Positions 7,835 through 13,917 of a stretch of DNA of 13,917 bases are shown here, one piece after another; the first letter of the stretch is position 1, and each line of letters begins with the position of its first letter. The notes below the pieces were generated by a model that saw nothing but the letters and a program-made list of their open reading frames with translations, made no database searches and was not told the DNA's origin. Origin of the DNA: Octopus sinensis (Eukaryota); NCBI RefSeq assembly GCF_006345805.1, contig NW_021825979.1:1-13917 (forward strand). The letters are read 5' to 3'. A program made the position numbers and the translations under genes.

Positions 7835-7852
7835 ATTATTATTATTATTATA

Positions 7853-8026
7853 CAAAGATGACGAGCTGGTAGAGTCATTAGCACGCCGAACGAAATGTCA
7901 TACGTATTTCTTCCGACTTGTTACGTTCTGAGTTCAAATACCACTGACGTCAGCTTTGTCATTCATCTTCTTCAGATCGATAAATAAAATTAGCAGTCAA
8001 CCACTGGAATCGATGGCATCGATTAA
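7853..8026 (+). mobile_element. tRNA-derived SINE, family B (degenerate)
   Basis: GAGCTGGTAGAGTCATTAGCACGCCG head, B-box-like GAGTTCAAATACC at 7930-7942, and body homologous to 13495-13708 in reverse complement. Confidence 0.75.
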
Positions 8027-8157
8027 TTCACTTCACTCAAATTTACTTTCCTCGCATCTAAATTAGAAACCACTACTATACATACACAGACGGACAGACA
8101 GACAGACAGACAGATATGCAGCAAATTGCAGGGATCTTAAACTCGGCCGTTGCTTAC

Positions 8158-8328
8158 CTGGTCTGAACAAAATAATGGCCTTGAGACACGCATATTCTGT
8201 AGCATCAACATGCAGCTCATTGCACCTAGCTATGATGTCTTGCATAAATTGCAGTTGTGACATCATAAACGCAATTTTCTCTGTGTGGTGTGAATCCATA
8301 CTCCAGCTGTTGGCAGACAGCAAAGAAT
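8158..8328 (-). CDS. NR2E3-like: NR2E-family nuclear receptor exon: LBD helices 6-8
   Basis: Encodes (N)SLLSANSWSMDSHHTEKIAFMMSQLQFMQDIIARCNELHVDATEYACLKAIILFRP. Acceptor ttctttttatAG at 8330-8329, donor GTAAGC at 8157-8152. Length 171 nt, phase 1-1, in frame with both neighbours. Confidence 0.95.
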
Positions 8329-8394
8329 CTATAAAAAGAAAGTTAAAATTTTAGGGTTTTGCTCCGCTTGCGGACAGTCAAGTCACATTGTCAC

Positions 8395-8545
8395 CATCAC
8401 CACCATAATCATTTAAAATACGTTTTCTATGCTGGCATGAGTTGGACGGTTCTGCGGAAGCCGGCGAGTTAGAGAACTGCGATGGGCTGCAGTGTCTGCT
8501 TTGATGATGTGGTTCCTATGGCTGAATGCCCCTCCCAAAGTCTGC
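8395..8545 (-). mobile_element. Remnant of a (GAT)n-tailed retroposon 3' end
   Basis: TTTTCTATGCTGGCATG (8423-8439) matches the reverse complement of 10751-10767 at 16/17, and both lie next to CAT/GAT-type short repeats. Confidence 0.4.
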
Positions 8546-8582
8546 AGAAAAATATATACTTGAATATATTCGGTATGGATAA

Positions 8583-8747
8583 GCGCGGGCATGGCTGTAC
8601 GATGAAAAAGTTCGTTTCCCTACCACATGGTCTCGGGTTCAGTCTCAGTGCGTGACACGTCGGAGCGAGTGTTTGCTATTATTTTCCTGGGCCAATCAAA
8701 GACTTTTGAGTGAATTTAACCGACAGAATTTGAAAGGAGCCCGTTGT
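8583..8747 (+). mobile_element. tRNA-derived SINE, family A, 5' portion (degenerate)
   Basis: GCGCGGGCATGGCTGT...ACCACATGGTCTCGGGTTCAGTCTC...GAGCCCGTT, colinear with 5473-5635. Confidence 0.7.
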
Positions 8748-8785
8748 CTACACGCTCGAGTGCGTACATATATATATATGAGACA

Positions 8786-8833
<48 letters not shown>

Positions 8834-9394
8834 ATTGAGGTAATCAGATCAGATTGTTCATATTTGTAGATATTTATTTATATATTACATTTTTACATAT
8901 TATCATATCATTCGGATTAGCGCTTGCTCCCATTCTAGTGGTTTTTCAAATCAAATCAGTTGTGGGTAGTTTGAACCTTTTTATAGTTTCGTAGTAGTGG
9001 GTGAGGAGGAAGTGAGACAGAGAGAAAATATGTGTGTATGTGTGTGTTGTGTGTGTGTGTGCGTGGTGTGTGTGTGGTGTGCGCATTTATATCTGAGAGT
9101 GAAGAAGTGTTATTTCCGTTGGTCTGCTGGACCCCCTGTGGTTTTATAAGAACTTTGGCCGTCCATTTCAATGTCACTGAGTGTGTGTTGTGCATAGGTT
9201 GGCCTGGCAATGTCATTTGGGGTCACACTTTCTATGATCATTCTGTGGAGGTGTGTGTGTGTGTGGTGTTGTCTGTGTGTTCTGTGTGTGGTTTTTTGTG
9301 TGTGTGTGTGTGGTGTGTGTGTTGTTGTGTGGTGTGTGTGTGTGTGTGGTCTGTGTGTTTGAGAAGGGGAGAGAGACAAAAAGAGAAAAGGGAA

Positions 9395-9558
9395 AATAAA
9401 AATAATAATAATAAAAATAAAAATTAAAAAAATTAAAAAAATAAAAATAAAAATAAAATAAAAACAAAAAATAAAAAATAAAATAAAAAATATAAAGAAT
9501 AAATAAAAATATAAAGAATAAAAAATAAAAAATAAAAATAAAAATAAAAATAAAAATA
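9395..9558. repeat. Degenerate (AAAAAT)n A-tract array
   Basis: About 165 bp of almost pure A/T with irregular A4-A7 runs, next to irregular (TG)-rich tracts at 9030-9085 and 9250-9360. Confidence 0.85.
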
Positions 9559-9854
9559 GGGAGGAAGTGGAGAAGAAAAAATATTTTTGTGTGTTGATAT
9601 TTATACCAACACATTATATATACACACACACAGACTTATACATAATATTTTGAAAAAACTTTTATCGGTTCAAAATGAACAACCAAATTATACCATCTTG
9701 AAAGTTGTATGTCATAGGAAAGTTAAAACTAAAGTGACAATTAAAGGGTAAAGATGGAAGTGAATTATAAAGATAATAATATAATATGATGTATATAACA
9801 GGCAATACACACATCTACACACACACAGATTTTTCCTTCAATGTATGTTGAGTA

Positions 9855-10515
9855 AAGTTTCAGCCATTTCATTTGGGGAGAACTTAGCTATGAAATGTTT
9901 TTTCCATATTCCTCCTGAAGGGTGTTCATTCTTCGGACACTTGTAGAAGGGAAATATCTAAATTTTCCTTCTCCACATGTAGCTAGGTGTGTGCTTAGTG
10001 GTATTTTGCGTAGTTCTTCCTGCCGAATATGTTGTCGGTGGATCCTGGCTCGCTGCACAAAGAATTACCAGTTTCTCCTACGTAATTCTCCTTGCATGTG
10101 GGCAGGTTATGCAGTATATGACGTTCTGCGTCTTGCAGTTCATATCTGCATTTACTTTGAATATGACACCATTTTTAAATCTTATCTCTCTGTTGCTCTC
10201 TATGTATTTGTAGGTGGGGTTGCTGCCCATCTCCGCACTCTTTGCAAAGAATTCCGTTTTAGTTTCTGAAGAGAATTTCGCTCTTGTTAGGTGTTTTTTA
10301 GGTTTTTGTCCTGTCGTCTACTGTTTTTTATGCTATATTTGTTTAATATGTTTTCATTTTGGGGCTCTGTAAGGCTATTGGTAGGTTTGAATGTATGGTT
10401 TGGAAGATGTGGGTAACTCCAGGGTTGTGTGTGTTTATAAAAGGGATAGTGTTTTCTTGTTTTTGTTTTTTGGGTGTGTCCTGATTGTGTGATGTCTAGT
10501 TTTAATGCTCTTGTG
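9855..10515 (-). mobile_element. Penelope-like element fragment (linker plus GIY-YIG endonuclease), pseudogenised
   Basis: With frameshifts, the minus strand gives NSRRQDKNLK/KHLTRAKF, NCKTQNVIYCITCP-CKENYVGETGNSL-RARIHRQHIRQ...PLSTHL, ...HFIAKFSP. This is the PLE VIY..YVGET GIY-YIG variant (10125-10070). Confidence 0.85.
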
Positions 10516-10524
10516 ATATATATA

Positions 10525-10579
<55 letters not shown>

Positions 10580-10689
10580 ATTCGAGTGTGTACATGTGTG
10601 TGTGTGCGTGCGTGTGTGCCTTTGTGTTGACATCGCCCTTCCAATCCTCCTCAAAAATATATCCTATCATTTTCCTTGGAAACAGGCGA

Positions 10690-10792
10690 AGACTGACGAA
10701 AGGAAAGGCACCAGCCGTAGAAAATCTGCTGCGACAATTTCTGTCTGATCCATGCAAGCATAGAAAAGTGGATGTTAAAACGATTATGATTA
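10690..10792 (+). mobile_element. Remnant of a (GAT)n-tailed retroposon 3' end
   Basis: CAGCCGTAGAAAATCTG...CATGCAAGCATAGAAAAGTGGATGTTAAAACGATTATGAT, related in reverse to 8395-8545. Confidence 0.45.
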
Positions 10793-11086
10793 TATCTAAA
10801 GCTGAAATATAGAGTAACCTGATTTAAGACCGAAATGTATCTGGCGCTCTCGTTGGCTGCTGTTGCTGTGGCGAATTTTCGTCTCTTTCTGATGTTTATT
10901 AAGTCTTTAAAATATTATGCCTATAAGAGATGTTATCTCAGAATGTATACGGCAGCAACTGACCTATTAACAGTATGTATACACTAAGTATGATACGTAG
11001 ATGTCCATTTTAATTTAATACTACGTCAATTGCGTATACGGGATATATGTGAGTGAATATGTATGTATGTATGTATGTATGTATGT

Positions 11087-11405
11087 CATGAGCCATCTTC
11101 GTAGTCATAAAACGAGACAGATGAGTGACAACCTGGCCACTAGTGGTGGTGTAACACACCATACTAATCATATCTGTCGGGCATGTGGGAAGAGAGTGTA
11201 ATTCGGCAGGAGGACTTAAACGACATGCAAGGTACATGAAGCCAGTTACAACTACAGCCGGCTATTACCGGTAAAGGTTTTAGTTGCCAATTTGTACAAG
11301 ACATTGTAGATCTTTAGCTGGGCTAAAAAGTCACATTCGATCACAGCACCAGTAACAGTTAAGCTTCGTGCAATGGCCATACTCGATAACGAGGGGGCAG
11401 CCATA
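11087..11405 (+). mobile_element. Retro-fragment encoding tandem C2H2 zinc fingers, (ATGT)n-tailed (probable 3' end of an RTE-type LINE)
   Basis: MSHLRSH...HICRACGK-ECNSAGGLKRHARYM...FSCQF-CTRHCRSLAGLKSHIRSQHQ* (stop 11353-11355), with frameshifts. A 50-nt 3'UTR follows, and there is (ATGT)7 on both sides. Confidence 0.7.
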
Positions 11406-11867
11406 ATGTATGTATGTATGTATGTATGTATGTAATTTATATAGTAGACATGGCTAATTTTGCTTTTTCTTCATAGATTGAAGAAAAGAATGTACAACCT
11501 TCATCGACTTTTAAATCTTATTGACTTTTCCTCAGAGGCGTCTACATCAATTTGTTCGATTCCAGAGAGACAAGCAGCCAATCTGTTTAGATACTCAACA
11601 ATTTCAGTAGCTACAGTAAACAGGGGCCACTAATTTGTATACTGTAAGGGTTAACACTTTATCTAATATCACCAGCCTGTTAATGGGGGTCTCAGTTCAC
11701 GCAGTATGAGAATATGATATAATGTATGTAGTAGATATATAAACAGGCCTGATTGAGGTACTTCTCCGTAGATACATGCATCTATATATATATATATATG
11801 TACGTATCTATCTATCTATCTATCTATCTATTCATCCATCCATCTATCTCTATTCTGTTTATCTATT

Positions 11868-11875
11868 GTCTCTCC

Positions 11876-11950
<75 letters not shown>
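11868..11950. repeat. (TC)n-(TA)n compound microsatellite
   Basis: Perfect dinucleotide arrays; similar (TA)n tracts occur at 8789-8826 and about 10531-10567. Confidence 0.95.
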
Positions 11951-11953
<3 letters not shown>

Positions 11954-12274
11954 TATATATAGAGATAGATATACTTTGCTTTACCACATACCGAAGTTTA
12001 GCAGCCAAAAAACGTTAGCTATTTCTTCCACTTTAAAAAGTATTACTTAAGTTTACCATGAAATGGTCCTTTTTTCATGCCGAATTCTACTTGGTGAAAT
12101 TACTGATTACTTCTTAATTAATTAATTTTACCCTTTGTTATTATATATATATATATATATAGATAGATAGATAGATAGATAGATATAGATATAGATAGAT
12201 TTTCTACCGATTTTGCTGACCAAGTCAACCAATAAAGACTAACTCCCACCCTTATATTACTTTATGGTACTTAC

Positions 12275-12739
12275 TGGTATCAATTGGCAGCGACCACTGA
12301 GCAACACTCAAGATGAACAGTTCGCACCAGGATTCCTCCAGCAAAATCGCCTGATCACGGAATGGTTGCTGCAAAAACGAAGGTATATTCCTGGCCCATT
12401 TCACAGACATGAAAAGAAGACGCGCCGCCGTTTCGTAGATGTTCTCCTGCGAAACACCCAGTGGGCTGATGTACAAATGAGGGTCTGCCAACGCTGTGAG
12501 CATACTGAACGGCGGGACCAGATAAGGGGACGGTGGACTCAAGTTTAGGGTCGACGATGATAATGACGATGATGACGATGACGATGATGACGACGACGAT
12601 GCTGACGAAGATGACGGGATCTTTTGAGGGTGGTACGATGGGAAGTGTGAATTTAGTATCCCAGAAGACTTTGGTGTTGTTGTTGTTGTTGCTGCTGCTG
12701 CTGGTGCTGTATTTGCAGGTTTTTCGCTTGAGGACGAAT
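12275..12739 (-). CDS. NR2E3-like: NR2E-family nuclear receptor exon: low-complexity hinge plus LBD helices 3-5
   Basis: Encodes ENIYETAARLLFMSVKWARNIPSFLQQPFRDQAILLEESWCELFILSVAQWSLPIDT, the NR2E LBD signature. Acceptor is ttttcaAG| at 12741-12740 with a CTAAT branch motif at 12776-12772; donor is GTAAGT at 12274-12269. Length 465 nt, phase 1-1. Confidence 0.95.
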
Positions 12740-12784
12740 CTTGAAAATACAAATAAAACAGAAAAAACGAGATTAGTGTGTGTG

Positions 12785-13020
12785 TGAGAGAGAGGGAGGA
12801 GAGGGAGAGAGCGGGAGGGAGGGAGAGGGAGAGAGGGAGGGGAGCGAGAGAGAGAGGGAGCGAGAGAGAGGGAGAGAGAGAGGGAGGGAGCGAGAGAGAG
12901 AGAGAGGGAGCGGAGAGAGAGAGAGGGAGGGAGAGAGAGCGATAGAGGGAGGGAGCGAGAGAGAGAGAGGGAGAGAGAGAGGGAGGGAGCGATAGAAGGA
13001 GGGAGAGAGAGAGAGAGACA
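12785..13020. repeat. Homopurine (GA/GGGA) tract, about 235 bp
   Basis: Almost exclusively G/A on the plus strand, so a long polypyrimidine tract in the pre-mRNA. It explains ORFs 12773..13021, 12780..12995 and the first part of 12355..13116. Confidence 0.95.
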
Positions 13021-13096
13021 AACAGACAGAATGTAAAACTGCTTTGAGAGGCCCGTTTTAACGGTGGAACTTCGAAGTAGACAGTCGTTTTTTATA

Positions 13097-13315
13097 TTGG
13101 TTTCAAGCTTTGGCACAAGGCCAGCAATTTCGGGGGGTGGGGGGAAGGGGCTGAGTTAGTTACAGCGATCCCAGTGTTCAACTTGTCTTTATTTTATCGA
13201 CCCCGAAGAGGGGAAAAGGCGAAGTCGACGCCAGGGACATTTGAACTCAGAACGTAAAGCCTGAAGGAATGCCGATTAACATTTTCCCCGGCGCGCTAAC
13301 GATTCTGCCAGCTTA
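13097..13315 (-). mobile_element. tRNA-derived SINE, family B
   Basis: Minus-strand head GCTGGCAGAATCGTTAGCGCG, B-box-like GAGTTCAAAT (13248-13239), and body GTCGACTTCGCCTTT...GGGGTCGATAAAATAAAG. Confidence 0.85.
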
Positions 13316-13494
13316 CAGTCACTATTAATTTACATAAACACACACACCACCACACCACACCACACGCACACACACATACATACACGTGTGTGCGTGTGTA
13401 CGTAATATTAGTAATTGCTGTGTTATACATGTGTCTATAGATATTAATTTTTAAATTCATATAGAAACATACTCGTACATGCATATGTTTCTTT

Positions 13495-13708
13495 ATTACC
13501 CACAAGGGGCTAAACATAGAGGGGACAAACAAGGACAGACAAACGAATTAAGTCGATTACATCGACCCCAGTGCCTAACTGGTACTTAATTTATCGACCC
13601 CGAAAGGATGAAAGGCAAAAAGTCGACCTCGGCGGAATTTGAACTCAGAACGTAACGGCAGACGAAATACGGCTACGCATTTCGCCCGACGTGCTAACGG
13701 TTCTGCCA
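13495..13708 (-). mobile_element. tRNA-derived SINE, family B (best-preserved copy)
   Basis: Minus-strand TGGCAGAACCGTTAGCACG, B-box-like GAGTTCAAATTCC (from 13646), and GAGGTCGACT-TTGCCTTTCATCCTTTCGGGGTCGATAAATTAAGTACCAG. Confidence 0.88.
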
Positions 13709-13852
13709 CACAAACACGCGTAGGCATACACGCATGCGCACACACACATGCGTGTAGAGTGGGGGAGAGGTACAAATAACGCGGGAGAGGGAGAGGGAAA
13801 GGAAAGAAATGGGGAGAGAAGTGGTGGAACCTTGACAAACAAAGAACCTCAC

Positions 13853-13917
13853 CTGCAGGTTCTTTAATGTCTCGCTTCTCTTTCTTCGTGGGAGGTGACC
13901 CGGGTGAGGTTTTCGAC
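13853..13917 (-). CDS. NR2E3-like: NR2E-family nuclear receptor, hinge exon (partial, runs off the window edge)
   Basis: The minus strand reads SKTSPGSPPTKKEKRDIKEPA+G, then a GTGAGG donor at 13852-13847. Phase 1 matches the next exon (G|AT = Asp). It is not in the ORF track and was read by hand. It has no diagnostic domain, so assignment rests on phase, donor and position. Confidence 0.75.

Noticed and set aside
9032-9629. Cys/Val-, His/Thr- and Phe/Tyr-rich ORFs
   Set aside because: Products of (TG)n and A-tract repeats.
9922-10269. Plus-strand ORFs 9922..10269 and 9989..10213
   Set aside because: Antisense to the Penelope fragment; the meaningful protein motifs are on the minus strand.
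11640-11655. AAGGGTTAA resembling a piggyBac right end
   Set aside because: No matching TTAACCCT left end was found upstream.
12264-12548. 94-aa plus-strand ORF overlapping the LBD exon
   Set aside because: An antisense open frame expected from the codon structure of the real exon; no independent support.
12355-13116. 253-aa minus-strand ORF
   Set aside because: It is mostly (TC)n translation and reads the exon out of frame.
1-13917. CRISPR arrays, rRNA, or a prokaryote-type operon or defence system
   Set aside because: There are no regularly spaced repeat-spacer units or rRNA similarity, and the spliced gene and SINE/LINE content show this is animal nuclear DNA.

Overview
AT-rich, microsatellite-dense eukaryotic genomic DNA. 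The SINE families and repeat landscape suggest an octopus/coleoid cephalopod; this is an inference from recognition, with no search run. The only host gene is the 3' half of an NR2E-family nuclear receptor (PNR/NR2E3-like, possibly the NR2E6 'PNR-like' paralogue) on the minus strand. It has four coding exons (>13917-13853 partial, 12739-12275, 8328-8158, 6947-6706) joined by three phase-1 GT-AG introns, encoding the hinge and full ligand-binding domain; the DNA-binding domain lies beyond the right edge. The rest is a layered set of transposable elements: two R4/Dong-clade LINE fragments with different trinucleotide tails, a complete 303-bp non-autonomous Helitron, a 314-bp Merlin-like MITE (97-bp TIRs, 8-bp TSD) nested in a SINE, a piggyBac-like MITE, RTE and Penelope fragments, a C2H2-finger-coding retro-fragment flanked by (ATGT)7, and at least seven tRNA-derived SINE copies from two families. 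The most notable points are a Leu-to-Gln change in the conserved LBD signature, a hairpin enclosing a splice donor, a 3'UTR hairpin, and repeated microsatellite-targeted insertions. I found no well-supported wholly novel system.
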